Source: Methanomicrobiales archaeon
GTDB lineage: Archaea; Halobacteriota; Methanomicrobia; Methanomicrobiales; Methanospirillaceae
Assembly: GCA_026394765.1 (NCBI GenBank)
Contig: JAPKXQ010000082.1
Span: 1-59,676 of the forward strand
Length of the DNA stretch: 59,676 bases
Reading direction: 5' to 3'
A model generated the notes under the pieces. That model was not told where the DNA came from. It saw nothing but the letters and a program-made list of their open reading frames with translations, and did not search any database. A program made the translations under genes and the position numbers. This document shows, one piece after another, positions 10,175 to 19,817 of this stretch; the stretch's first letter is position 1, and every line of letters begins with the position of its first letter.

Positions 10175-11620
10175 ATGGACTGGGCTGAGTTGTACCGCCC
10201 AATGCGGCTCAGGGAGATCGTCGGGAACCAACCTGTCATTCACAGGATGGTAGACTGGGCCAAGACCTGGACACCGGCGAGCAAACCCCTCCTCCTGTAT
10301 GGAAAAGCAGGCATCGGCAAGACCTCTTCCGCACATGCCCTCGCCCGTGACATGAACTGGGACGTCCTGGAATTAAACGCGAGTGACCAGAGGACGAGAG
10401 ATGCCATCGATCGAGTGGCTGGGGCAGGGAGCATGAGCGGGAGCCTGACAGGACAAACTCACCGCCTCATCATCCTGGACGAGGCCGACAACCTCCATGG
10501 TACCGCAGATGCGGGTGGAGCAAGGGCAATTCTTGGAATCATCCGAACCAGTGTCCACCCGATAATTCTCATCGCTAATGATGCCTATGGGATCACCCCA
10601 GATTTGCGGTTTGCCTGCGAACCACTCCAGTTCAAGGCCCTCCCGAATCGCTCGATAGTCCCCCACCTCAGAGGTATCTGTGCGCGGGAAGGTGTGTCCT
10701 GCAGCGATAAAGCCCTCCATACCATCGCAGACGCTTCGTCTGGGGACCTCCGCCTCGCGCTCAACATGCTCTCGGCCGCATCATCCGGGAAGGACAGCCT
10801 CACTGATGATGACATCATAAGTTCAGGAAAAGACGCGCGTGCGACCATCTTCTCCCTTATACCAGCCATATTTTCCTCACATGATGACGGGGAACTCCTC
10901 AGGTTAAGCCGCGAGGTGGACGACACCCCAGATGCCGTGCTTCAGTGGATAGAGGGCATGGTCCCAGGAGTACTTGCCGGAGAGCGGATGTACTTGGGGT
11001 ACAGGTGCCTCTCAAGGGCAGATGAGTACCTGGGCAACACATTCAGAGCGCAGTACTACACGCTCTGGCGCTATGCAAGCGCCCTCATGGTCCTCGGAGT
11101 CGCCTCAGCCTCAGGGGGGCGCGGATTCCATACCCGCATCACACCTCCTGACCGCTGGAAACGGCAGGGTGCCGCAAAGAAACAACGGGTACTTCGAATC
11201 TCCCTCCTCTCACGCGTGGCTTCGAGGACGCACATCCCTGTAAAGGCCCTCCGTGAGGAGTATATGGGTCCGCTCACTCTCTTGATTGATGCATCCCCTG
11301 AACCATTTGTAAGCGGTCTCTCACTCGATGTAGAAGAACTGAACCTCTTCTTGCACGACCGGTCACGCTCACAGGAGATTTTAAAAGCCTTTGGTGCCGG
11401 GGGAGAAAGGGGCGGGGAGAAGGTTGCGGATGAAGGACCATTCGTGCAGAAACGGGGTAGGGGGAGACCAAAAAGCGTAGCAAAGACGTCTCCTCCCAAT
11501 GCCTCTGCACCCCCTCCCATTGAGAAGACCAAAGAAGTCCCTGTGCCTGAAGAGAGGACTGTACCGGATGGAAAAAAGAGCCCTGCACAACGTCAGAAGA
11601 CACTCTTCGAGGGGTTCTAA
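10175..11620 (+). CDS. rfcL: replication factor C large subunit
   Basis: WAELYRP, Walker A GKAGIGKT, ELNASDQR, DEAD, GDLR; C-terminal PIP box QKTLFEGF. Confidence 0.95.
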   Translation: MDWAELYRPMRLREIVGNQPVIHRMVDWAKTWTPASKPLLLYGKAGIGKTSSAHALARDMNWDVLELNASDQRTRDAIDRVAGAGSMSGSLTGQTHRLIILDEADNLHGTADAGGARAILGIIRTSVHPIILIANDAYGITPDLRFACEPLQFKALPNRSIVPHLRGICAREGVSCSDKALHTIADASSGDLRLALNMLSAASSGKDSLTDDDIISSGKDARATIFSLIPAIFSSHDDGELLRLSREVDDTPDAVLQWIEGMVPGVLAGERMYLGYRCLSRADEYLGNTFRAQYYTLWRYASALMVLGVASASGGRGFHTRITPPDRWKRQGAAKKQRVLRISLLSRVASRTHIPVKALREEYMGPLTLLIDASPEPFVSGLSLDVEELNLFLHDRSRSQEILKAFGAGGERGGEKVADEGPFVQKRGRGRPKSVAKTSPPNASAPPPIEKTKEVPVPEERTVPDGKKSPAQRQKTLFEGF

Positions 11621-12015
11621 GCCGCATGGTATCGGTGAAGCAGAACACCGCAGTCGATCCGTTCTCCTCCGTCCCCCCAGATCTCGAACCCGAGGTGGTA
11701 CACAAGGATGTCTGCACCGACTGCGACACCAAGTGCGATGAGGGGGGAGATCATCTCCACCCCGGGTCTGACCGCATAGATGACGTCGGCTTCTTTGTAG
11801 AGCCATACCTTGGGGGTAAAAACATCGTCCTGCACGAATCTGATGACTGGGGGTGGGGTGATGTCCCGGACGTCTGTAGCAAAGCGAAGTGCTCCCCTCA
11901 TGCCAACTACCAGGGCAGCGGTAAAGTTCTCTCCGATCCCGACTTCAATTGCACGCCGGTACCGTCCTGCCACATACTGACCAATGGCCTTCTCGATAGA
12001 TCGCGTGCCATACAT
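11617..12015 (-). CDS. UPF0146 family protein
   Basis: AIEVGIG, DDVFTP...Y..ADVIYAVRP..EM. Start moved to the ATG at 12015. Confidence 0.8.
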   Translation of the reverse strand: MYGTRSIEKAIGQYVAGRYRRAIEVGIGENFTAALVVGMRGALRFATDVRDITPPPVIRFVQDDVFTPKVWLYKEADVIYAVRPGVEMISPLIALGVAVGADILVYHLGFEIWGDGGERIDCGVLLHRYHAA

Positions 12016-12028
12016 TGGGTGTGATAAG

Positions 12029-12631
12029 GTGAGGGAGACCGATATCCTAATACTATGGGACAGTAGCGCGCAACGTGGACTCGTTGCCCCCCTTGCCCGC
12101 ACAATTGCCACAATTTTCATGCTCCCTACTGATATCGGAGAGTCTCCGCTCCTCCTGACTGGCTACAACTCTTCCCGCCACCAGTATGATGCCGGCTCAA
12201 TCCTCACCTGTCTTGACACATTCAGGCGTCGGCACCGCATCTCGGCCCTTACCCTGCTTATCCTCTCCCACGACATCTTCATCCCTGACTATTCCCATGT
12301 ATTTGGCCTCGCAAGACCCACAAGCGGTTCTGCAGTAGTCTCCTCCTCCCGCCTCTCGAATGGGTGGTATGGCTTGCCTGACGACGCTGGAGAACTCCTC
12401 GACCGCCTCATCAAGGAGGGTGCCCACGAGGTCGGGCACCTCCTCAGCCTCGGACACTGCCGCACTGCTACCTGCATCATGTACAGTCCAGAGTCGATTG
12501 ATGACTTGCAACGTAAGACTCAGGCGTTTTGTGGATATTGCCAGAGTATACTCGACAGCCGAAGATCTGGTATATGCGCGCAGACCTACGACCTGCCAGG
12601 CAAGGGGCAAATCAGCGGGCCAAGTCCTTAA
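12029..12631 (+). CDS. archaemetzincin (peptidase M54)
   Basis: RHQYDA, VFGLA, KEGAHEVGHLLSLGHC...CIM...FCGYC. Start uncertain (GTG 12029). Confidence 0.88.
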   Translation: MRETDILILWDSSAQRGLVAPLARTIATIFMLPTDIGESPLLLTGYNSSRHQYDAGSILTCLDTFRRRHRISALTLLILSHDIFIPDYSHVFGLARPTSGSAVVSSSRLSNGWYGLPDDAGELLDRLIKEGAHEVGHLLSLGHCRTATCIMYSPESIDDLQRKTQAFCGYCQSILDSRRSGICAQTYDLPGKGQISGPSP

Positions 12632-12657
12632 TTGAGGATGACCTTAAAAAAAGGATG

Positions 12658-12978
12658 TTATCCGAACAGGGCACCTAGCCCTGCCATGCCGCTCTCTTCC
12701 TCTTCCTTCTTTACTTCGCCTTCGGCCTTATCATCATGTGCTGCTGCTGCGGGTGCTCCACCTGCTGCTGCGGGTGCAGCGGCAACAACGGCGACAGGTG
12801 CGGCCGCTGCCTTGCTGATGGCCTCGTCGATGTTGACACCATCGAGTGCTGCCACAAGGGCTTTGACCCGTGTGTCATCGACCGCGATACCAGCAGCCTG
12901 AAGGACTGCCTTTACTTCAGCTTCTTTTACGCCCTTTCCAGCCTTGTGGAGGAGGAGGGCTGCATAAATATATTCCAT
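12658..12978 (-). CDS. rpl12: 50S ribosomal stalk protein P1 (L12)
   Basis: [11 protein letters not shown], Ala-rich hinge, EEEE..GLGALFG. Confidence 0.97.
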   Translation of the reverse strand: MEYIYAALLLHKAGKGVKEAEVKAVLQAAGIAVDDTRVKALVAALDGVNIDEAISKAAAAPVAVVAAAPAAAGGAPAAAAHDDKAEGEVKKEEEESGMAGLGALFG

Positions 12979-13017
12979 TTCTCATTCACCTCTGACAGAA
13001 CTAACGTGTGGTAAATA

Positions 13018-13869
13018 CTAGCCCCCCACAATGCTTTTGAGGGCCCTGCTCTCACCATATGCCTTTCCTAGAATGGCATCGATGACATCCTTTTCGTATA
13101 CCGGAGCCTCAACCGCGAGGCTTCTTGCTTCCCGTACTGCACGCCCAAGAATCAGTCCTATCGAGTCCCTGGTCGGGATGGCCGCGCTCACCGAGAGGTT
13201 CAGAGCCTGCTGGACGGCGAGGTTGATATTTGCCAGGACCGCGTCCTCATCTATTGCGAGAACACCGGGTTCGTACAGATCATTCTGGAAGAAAGCGACC
13301 TGAAGGGCGAGCCCAACGTCCATCGGTTTGATGTTGAGCTTCACAAGGATATCGGCAATTTTCTTGCTGATGACCTCGCCCTTCTTCACGACGGTCCTTG
13401 TCTCCCGTATCTTCACCTTCCCTGCCTCGATCGCAGCTGGGATCCCAGCCTGCTGGAGTTCACCCACGATCGGACCAGGTTTGAAGCTCGTCGGACCTTT
13501 CTCCACGACGATGTCGAGAGGAGATATCTCACCGGCTTTTGCCGCCATCTTTGTCTTGGTCTTTTCAAGAGTTTTGAAGAGGCGGAACGGGTTTTCGTTG
13601 GTGAAGATAAGAGCTGAATGCCCCTTGACATGCGCGGTTACCGAGGGGAGCGCTCCTCCCATCTCCTCAAAGGCATGGGTGATCAGGGTGTTCCTCGTCA
13701 TTCGTATGACGGCACGCGCCTTGAGGTTCCGCCTGATCTGCTGCATCTGGGAAGCGGGGATACCGTACATATCGACAAGCCCAACCAGGGCATAGGACTG
13801 TGCGTGCTTCTTGATCTCCTCGACCTCCCGCCGTTTCCATGCTGGGAGGTGCCGGGTATAGACCGCCAT
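13018..13869 (-). CDS. rpl10: 50S ribosomal protein uL10 (P0)
   Basis: PAWKRREV, TNENPFRL, GPTSFKPGP; position in the L1-L10-L12 operon. Confidence 0.96.
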   Translation of the reverse strand: MAVYTRHLPAWKRREVEEIKKHAQSYALVGLVDMYGIPASQMQQIRRNLKARAVIRMTRNTLITHAFEEMGGALPSVTAHVKGHSALIFTNENPFRLFKTLEKTKTKMAAKAGEISPLDIVVEKGPTSFKPGPIVGELQQAGIPAAIEAGKVKIRETRTVVKKGEVISKKIADILVKLNIKPMDVGLALQVAFFQNDLYEPGVLAIDEDAVLANINLAVQQALNLSVSAAIPTRDSIGLILGRAVREARSLAVEAPVYEKDVIDAILGKAYGESRALKSIVGG

Positions 13870-13871
13870 CT

Positions 13872-14516
13872 CTAGACCACCTTCACCGGAGGGCCCATGG
13901 TGGTCTTGACATAGACCGACCTGATGTTGAGGTTACCCTGTTCGAGTTTTGCTTCCACACGCTTCAGGACTGCATCGATATTCTCAGTGATCTGGTCAGG
14001 AGTCATCGCGGTAGACCCGACCTTCACATGAAAAACCTTCTTGTCCTTTGTCCGCACCTTCACAGAGTTGCGGAGCCGCTCAACAATCGGCTTGATGTCG
14101 GTGCCACCCTGTATCGGGGTTGGCATCCTTCCCCTGGGCCCAAGACGTGGACCGAGGAACTTTCCGACCTGCGGCATAACAGATGGTTCGGCAAGAAAGA
14201 ACCTGTAACGGTTTGCTACCTTGCGTGCCTCTCTGGGCGCCCCACCGAGACGTTCAATCTCCTCAGGGCCCATGATCGCATCGACACCAGCTTCCTTGGC
14301 ACGGGTGGTGATGTCACCCTTACCGAGGACCGCGATCCCAACCTTCCTCCCCGTCCCATGGGGGAGGAGGATAGTCTCGTCGATTCGGTTCTTCGGCTGT
14401 GCCATATCAATATTTTTAAGGTTGACGGTGATGTCTATGCTCTCGCCAAACTTTCGTTGCGGTGCCTTCTCTATTGCCGCTTTTACGGCGTCTACGATGT
14501 GCAACCGCTCAACCAT
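13872..14516 (-). CDS. rpl1: 50S ribosomal protein uL1
   Basis: RKFGESID, LPHG, LGPRGRMP, VKTTMGP. Confidence 0.97.
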   Translation of the reverse strand: MVERLHIVDAVKAAIEKAPQRKFGESIDITVNLKNIDMAQPKNRIDETILLPHGTGRKVGIAVLGKGDITTRAKEAGVDAIMGPEEIERLGGAPREARKVANRYRFFLAEPSVMPQVGKFLGPRLGPRGRMPTPIQGGTDIKPIVERLRNSVKVRTKDKKVFHVKVGSTAMTPDQITENIDAVLKRVEAKLEQGNLNIRSVYVKTTMGPPVKVV

Positions 14517-14525
14517 TCTTTTCCT

Positions 14526-14558
14526 CCATAGTACTGCGACCTCATCGATCTTCTATGG
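14526..14558 (-). promoter_or_regulatory. putative uL1-binding autoregulatory hairpin in the rpl11-rpl1 spacer
   Basis: mRNA CCAUAG-AA-GAU-CGAUGAG-GUC-GCAGUA-CUAUGG: two helices around an asymmetric loop; the 3' arm overlaps the GGAGG SD of rpl1. Confidence 0.65.
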
Positions 14559-14568
14559 GTTTCACACG

Positions 14569-15045
14569 CTATTCCGTGAGGACGTTATCATAACTGCCTG
14601 ATGAAATCGCGGACAGGGCTTCTTTGGGCCTCTTTCCGTCAACGGTGATGCCCATGCTGACGCATGTGCCGACCACCTCTTTAACGGCGTGCTTGAGGTC
14701 ATATGAGAGCATGTCCTGCTGTTTCATCCTGGCAATCCTGATAGCAGCCTCAAGCGGCAAGTTCCCCACAACCACCTGGTTGGGTTCGGGGGATCCTTTC
14801 TCGATACCGGCCTCTTTCATAATGAGGGCCGTAGTTGGTGGGATTCCCACCGTCACTGTGAAGTTCTTCTTGTCATCGACATCAATCCGAACCGGCACCT
14901 GCATCCCGTTAAAGGACGCAGTCTGCTGGTTGATCTGGTCTACGACCGCCTTCACATTGATACCGAGTGGCCCGAGCGCAGGTCCTATTGGAGGACCTGC
15001 GGTGGCCTTACCGCCTGGTACCAGAACCTCGACCACTTCTGCCAT
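14569..15045 (-). CDS. rpl11: 50S ribosomal protein uL11
   Basis: [31 protein letters not shown]. Confidence 0.97.
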   Translation of the reverse strand: MAEVVEVLVPGGKATAGPPIGPALGPLGINVKAVVDQINQQTASFNGMQVPVRIDVDDKKNFTVTVGIPPTTALIMKEAGIEKGSPEPNQVVVGNLPLEAAIRIARMKQQDMLSYDLKHAVKEVVGTCVSMGITVDGKRPKEALSAISSGSYDNVLTE

Positions 15046-15190
15046 ATCTTCTCCATGCCGTCCCAGAACATGGGCATCCAGCGTGGGTTCACTAAGGTGG
15101 ACGGCACCTTACTTAAAGGTACCACCGCAATTATGCAAAAGATGAAGAGTTTGGGGACACCGGAATAAGAAAAAAACTCCTCCGGTACCT

Positions 15191-15664
15191 TTACTTGTCC
15201 TCTCCCCGGTCGACAACCCTGACATTGTCGCCACGGATTGTGATGGGGATGGGCAGCACACTCTCATAGAGTTCAACCGTGATCTCTTCTTTTACAGTGT
15301 CGATCCGCTTCACCACCGCCTTCTCCCCCTTGAAGGGGCCGGCGATCAGTTCAACGATCGTCCCTTCAGATATACCGCTCACCACTGGTTTTGGCGTGAG
15401 GAAGTGTGCGACCTCCGAGATCTGAGTTGCGCCCTTCACGACGGCGCGCGCATGGGCAATGAGCTCAACGAGCTGTTCCACACGGTTCAGGTTCTCAGTC
15501 GTCTCGACGAGGACATATCCCTTCAACTCGTCAGGGACAATTATCGACAGAACTTTGACGTCGGTTGCTCCGCTATCGATCGCCTTTTTTATGTTGTCAG
15601 CGACCACTCGCTCCTGTTTTGATGTAGTCTTGATCGCAAAAATGCGACTCGCCTGATCAGGCAT
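15191..15664 (-). CDS. spt5: transcription elongation factor Spt5 (NusG)
   Basis: NGN domain (QERVVA, LKGYVLVE) plus KOW (VELIAGPFKGEKA). Confidence 0.96.
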   Translation of the reverse strand: MPDQASRIFAIKTTSKQERVVADNIKKAIDSGATDVKVLSIIVPDELKGYVLVETTENLNRVEQLVELIAHARAVVKGATQISEVAHFLTPKPVVSGISEGTIVELIAGPFKGEKAVVKRIDTVKEEITVELYESVLPIPITIRGDNVRVVDRGEDK

Positions 15665-15670
15665 GACGGA

Positions 15671-15868
15671 TCAGTGCGGGACGACGAGCATCAGTTCATA
15701 GAGAGCAAAACCGATGATGCCGATCAAGGCTACTCCGGCAGCTGCGACAAGAGCAATCTTCTGGAACTCGTCCCGCGAGGGGGTCCTTGCGAGTTTGAGA
15801 ACCCGCAGGTATTTCCTGAAGAACTCCTCCTGAAGATCAATATTCAGGTTGGGTTTAGGTAACTCCAT
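15671..15868 (-). CDS. secE: protein translocase subunit SecE / Sec61-gamma
   Basis: YLRVLKLARTPSRDEF followed by one TM helix; conserved position between ftsZ and spt5. Confidence 0.95.
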   Translation of the reverse strand: MELPKPNLNIDLQEEFFRKYLRVLKLARTPSRDEFQKIALVAAAGVALIGIIGFALYELMLVVPH

Positions 15869-15885
15869 ATGTATCTCTCACACCC

Positions 15886-16977
15886 TCACTTCAGAAAGTC
15901 TATGTCGAAGTGCTTCTGGACGTTGGGGGTTAATTTTTCATTTCTTCCATATATTTGTGGCGACCGCACACCTGTTACAACAAGGAGGGTCCGCATCTTT
16001 CCCTGCATAGCAGGGTCGATCTGAGCGCCCCAGATGATGCGGGCATTGGGGTCAATAAGGGAATAGACCTCCTGAATTACCTCCTGCGCTTCTGCCACAG
16101 TCATATCCGGACCCCCGATCACATTCACCAGCGCTGCGGTGGACCCCGATATATCCACATCGAGGAGCGGGGAGCGTATCGCCCGTTTGACAGAATCTAC
16201 TGCCTTGTCGGCACTGTCACTCTCACCTACTCCTATCATCGCTACGCCACCCCGCTCCATAACAGTCCTCACGTCTGCAAAGTCCAGGTTCACAAGGGCA
16301 GGTATGGTGATGAGTTCTGTTATCCCTTTCACCGCACGCATCAGGACCTCGTCTGCGACCTTGAAAGCCGCATAGAGGGGGAGTTTTGGTACCACTTCGA
16401 GGAGGCGGTCATTGGGTACCACAATCACTGTATCGGCCACATCACGCAGCCGTTCCAATCCGGCTTCTGCGTTTTCCATCCGAATCGTCCCCTCCGCAGT
16501 GAAGGGGAGAGTGACTATCGCGATGGTCAGAGCACCCTCTTCGCGAGCGGTCTTTGCAACGATGGGTGCGCACCCGGTCCCGGTCCCTCCCCCGAGTCCA
16601 ACGGTGATAAAGACCATGTCACTCCCCGCGACTGCCGCTTTGAGGTCCTGCTCATTTTCCAGGGCAGCTTCTTCCCCGATCTGAGGGATGGAACCAGCAC
16701 CGAGGCCGCGGGTCCGCTGTCTGCCGATGAGGATCCGGGTGTCTGCCTGGGTCCTGGATAGGTGCTGGGCATCGGTATTGATAGCTATCAGCTTTGCACC
16801 CCGGATCCCTTCCTCACGCATCCGGGTGATAGTATTAGATCCCCCTCCACCACAACCGATCACCCTGATCTCAGTCCTGAGTTCCTGGAGGACGGAATCG
16901 AGTTCTTCGCTCTTCTGGAGGGGGGTGGGGGTCTCATCACGCGCCCGTTCCAGTGCCTCTTCGACGATCGACCTCAT
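15886..16977 (-). CDS. ftsZ: cell division protein FtsZ
   Basis: [17 protein letters not shown] tubulin signature, NLDFADV. Confidence 0.98.
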   Translation of the reverse strand: MRSIVEEALERARDETPTPLQKSEELDSVLQELRTEIRVIGCGGGGSNTITRMREEGIRGAKLIAINTDAQHLSRTQADTRILIGRQRTRGLGAGSIPQIGEEAALENEQDLKAAVAGSDMVFITVGLGGGTGTGCAPIVAKTAREEGALTIAIVTLPFTAEGTIRMENAEAGLERLRDVADTVIVVPNDRLLEVVPKLPLYAAFKVADEVLMRAVKGITELITIPALVNLDFADVRTVMERGGVAMIGVGESDSADKAVDSVKRAIRSPLLDVDISGSTAALVNVIGGPDMTVAEAQEVIQEVYSLIDPNARIIWGAQIDPAMQGKMRTLLVVTGVRSPQIYGRNEKLTPNVQKHFDIDFLK

Positions 16978-18308
16978 AGGTATGTCCTCAACCCCGGGAT
17001 ATTGACCCGGGTCTCACTGGGGATGAGCACCATCTCAGGGGTGACGGTCCGGCCCCCTACGGTGACGGGACGACCTTCTATTAATGTCGCTAATAGAGGC
17101 CCAGGGGGAATCCCCAGGCTGCGGGCCTTTGCAGGGTCCATCCGCGTCCTTCTGATGATGAGGCAGTCCCCGCTCCTAGCAGTGTCCCTTTTCCCACATA
17201 TGATCATGAGGCAGAGATTTATTAATGCATGCAGGTCTTCCCGCTCTCTGCCGCGTTCACAGAAGAATCCTGGCAATACCTGGTGATCGCCACTGGTCAG
17301 GTGGACGACAGGGAATGTAGTGAGTCCACTTATGAGGTTGCTGGCACCAGCCTTCAAGGCCTCTGTGAGGAGGTCAGGGGGGATCTCGATAAGAACGGGC
17401 TCAAATGAGCCACTGAACTTATGGGGGGTTATATGGGCACCGGGTCTGTATGCATCGGCCATTCTCGTGAGGGTTACGTATGTCGCCCAGGGGAGGTCGC
17501 CTATGGCGGTGAGGTCCCCTTCAGAGAGGATCGGAAGACCCAGGGGTGTGAGGAGGGATCCAAGGCCCGCCAGGTCCCTGGATGAGAGTGCCTTCCGATC
17601 TATGTAGATGGCATCTGCATGGCTCGCAGATGCGAGGGCACCGATGAGGTCGCGGTCAAGGTCCTGGATATCACGGGTCGGTACGATATGACCAAATGCA
17701 CCGCGTGACGAGAGTGCGATTGCAGTCTGGCGGCGTGCGTAGTGTGTACCTCCAAAACCGAGGAGACGAATCACCTGGTGTGGCTGTGCACAAAGTACGC
17801 TCTGTGCGACGGCGTCGGCAGCGGCAGGGTCAGACCACTCATCCGGCGTGCTCCCTATCTCGACAAAGAGGGAGGGTAATGTGAGTGATGTGGGCCCATG
17901 GTGGGTCGCCTCATACGAGACGCGATAGCCAGGAGGGGCCCTACGATTGAGCTCCTGCAGGACGGCATGCATCCAGGCAGGGTCGAGGGGGACGCACGTC
18001 CGGGGGGCACCCCCGAAGTCTGCGGTCCTGAAGTTGCCAGTACCATGGACTGTGAGGACAGGAGACGGATGGGCGCTCTGGTGCCGGGATAGAAAGATGA
18101 TGAGATCGGCGTCGAGGCCCCTGTCCGGATGCTCCAGGTGGATCAATCGCTCCCTGACCTCATGCACTGAAAAGAGGACGCGTCCTCTCCTGAAAGAACG
18201 CAGACCAGTATCTCCGGCGATTACGAGGATGCGTTCCTTGATCAGTCTCCCTGCCGGGTCCTGAAAAGAGTTAATAAGGGCTATCTTGTAAGGCTCATCC
18301 GTAGTCAT
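16974..18308 (-). CDS. dtdA: D-aminoacyl-tRNA deacylase DTD2 (GEK1-type) with C-terminal extension
   Basis: [35 protein letters not shown]. Confidence 0.92.
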   Translation of the reverse strand: MTTDEPYKIALINSFQDPAGRLIKERILVIAGDTGLRSFRRGRVLFSVHEVRERLIHLEHPDRGLDADLIIFLSRHQSAHPSPVLTVHGTGNFRTADFGGAPRTCVPLDPAWMHAVLQELNRRAPPGYRVSYEATHHGPTSLTLPSLFVEIGSTPDEWSDPAAADAVAQSVLCAQPHQVIRLLGFGGTHYARRQTAIALSSRGAFGHIVPTRDIQDLDRDLIGALASASHADAIYIDRKALSSRDLAGLGSLLTPLGLPILSEGDLTAIGDLPWATYVTLTRMADAYRPGAHITPHKFSGSFEPVLIEIPPDLLTEALKAGASNLISGLTTFPVVHLTSGDHQVLPGFFCERGREREDLHALINLCLMIICGKRDTARSGDCLIIRRTRMDPAKARSLGIPPGPLLATLIEGRPVTVGGRTVTPEMVLIPSETRVNIPGLRTYL

Positions 18309-18415
18309 CCGTGCTCCTCTTCATGCTCCTCATCATAGTACCTTTTAGGCAACGGTGAATGTAACTGAGCCCTATAGGATCATTTCTATCTTTCCTGGCA
18401 GAGAAGTAAACTATC

Positions 18416-18592
18416 ATGGATGAAGAGAAGATCCGTATGTTATTTGCTGAACTGGGTATTGTGGACACCATCACCTGCCCACAGGCATTTGCTGTCGCTG
18501 ATAAGAACGATCTTTCAAAAGTGGATATCGCCCGCTACTGTAACACCCATGGAGTAAAGATCCGGGGCTGCCAGCTCGGATGTTTCAAATAA
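18416..18592 (+). CDS. small 58-aa four-Cys protein (C-terminal CQLGCF)
   Basis: Read by hand: MDEEKIRMLFAELGIVDTITCPQAFAVADKNDLSKVDIARYCNTHGVKIRGCQLGCFK*. Stop lies 13 nt before moeA. Confidence 0.8.
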   Translation: MDEEKIRMLFAELGIVDTITCPQAFAVADKNDLSKVDIARYCNTHGVKIRGCQLGCFK

Positions 18593-18605
18593 GACAGTTC
18601 CGACC

Positions 18606-19817
18606 ATGGGTCTCTTTCTCTCTGCAATACCGGTTGAGGAGGCGGTGCGGCTCGTCTCCCGCCTTGCCTCACCCATTCCAGGAGGGTCTGTGCCCCTCAA
18701 CAGGGCATACCAGAGGGTCCTTGCCACTGATATCACCGCTGACCTGGATATACCAGGTTTCGATCGTTCTGTAGTTGACGGGTATGGAGTGCGTGCTGCT
18801 GCAACATCAGGAGTGAGTGAGTCGGTTCCTGCTATGCTGAACCTTCTGGGGAGGGTCACTATGGGAACCGGTCCTTCCTCTGATCGAGCGATCTCTTCCG
18901 ATGTTTGCGCATATGTCCCAACTGGAGGAGCCTTACCAATTGGGGCCGATGCAGTGGTGATGATAGAGCACACCGAACTGGCAGGAGACCTTGTCCTGGT
19001 CCGCAGGCCTGTTGCCCAGGGAGAGAACGTCATACGGAAGGGGGAAGACTTTTCAGCAGGTGAGGTGGTCCTACGACAGGGGACACGCATATCGCCCCGC
19101 GACATGGGTGCCCTTGCCGCAGTCGGGTGTGCCGAGGTACCTGTCAGAGCAGTCCCGTCTGTCGGTGTCATCTCCACAGGGAATGAACTGGTCCCGGTAG
19201 AGGCCGTGCCCTCCATTGGTGAGGTCCGCGATGTGAATGCCGCCCTCTGTGGAGCTTTTTTGGAGCATTTAGGCTGCAATCCGGTTTACTATGGGATTGT
19301 GCGCGATGAGCGGGAGGCACTCGATGCGACCCTCGAGAGGGCGGTCAGGGAGTGCGATACGGTCCTGATCTCTGGGGGCAGCTCCAAGGACGACCGCGAT
19401 ATGACGGCATCGATCATCGCCGGGAGAGGTGAGGTGCTTGTCCATGGGATCGCAATCGCCCCGGGAAAGCCGACTATCATCGGGAGATTCCAGGGCATCC
19501 CGGTCATTGGCCTCCCAGGTCACCCGGCGTCGACCTATGTAGTCCTCGAAGTCATCGTCCGGCACCTTATTACTGCGCTTACAGGAGAGACCAATGCACT
19601 CCCCCAGGTCAGGCGCGTTCTCGTGCGGGAGAACATCCCTTCAGTCAGGGGTCGGGAGGAATACATCCGTGTGAAGATCGAGGGTGACGGAGTATATCCC
19701 ATGTTTGGCAAGTCAGGGCTCCTCAACACCCTCGTCAGAAGCGACGGCCTGGTCAGAGTCCCGGCAGGTAGGGAGGGGTTCGAGATCGGCGAAGAGGTTG
19801 AGGTGGTCCTTTGGTGA
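18606..19817 (+). CDS. moeA: molybdopterin molybdotransferase MoeA
   Basis: PGFDRSVVDGY, TGGALPIGADAVVMIE, STGNEL, SGGSS, PGKPT, GLPGHP. Confidence 0.95.
   Translation: MGLFLSAIPVEEAVRLVSRLASPIPGGSVPLNRAYQRVLATDITADLDIPGFDRSVVDGYGVRAAATSGVSESVPAMLNLLGRVTMGTGPSSDRAISSDVCAYVPTGGALPIGADAVVMIEHTELAGDLVLVRRPVAQGENVIRKGEDFSAGEVVLRQGTRISPRDMGALAAVGCAEVPVRAVPSVGVISTGNELVPVEAVPSIGEVRDVNAALCGAFLEHLGCNPVYYGIVRDEREALDATLERAVRECDTVLISGGSSKDDRDMTASIIAGRGEVLVHGIAIAPGKPTIIGRFQGIPVIGLPGHPASTYVVLEVIVRHLITALTGETNALPQVRRVLVRENIPSVRGREEYIRVKIEGDGVYPMFGKSGLLNTLVRSDGLVRVPAGREGFEIGEEVEVVLW

Noticed and set aside
12736..13014. Cys-rich ORF ([14 protein letters not shown]) resembling a metallothionein
   Set aside because: It is the antisense reading of the Ala-rich GCA repeats in the rpl12 hinge.
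15955..16761. 268-aa ORF antisense to ftsZ
   Set aside because: Shadow ORF of a highly conserved gene; no protein motifs.
18515..19279. 254-aa minus ORF over moeA
   Set aside because: Antisense to a clear moeA and to the small Cys protein.
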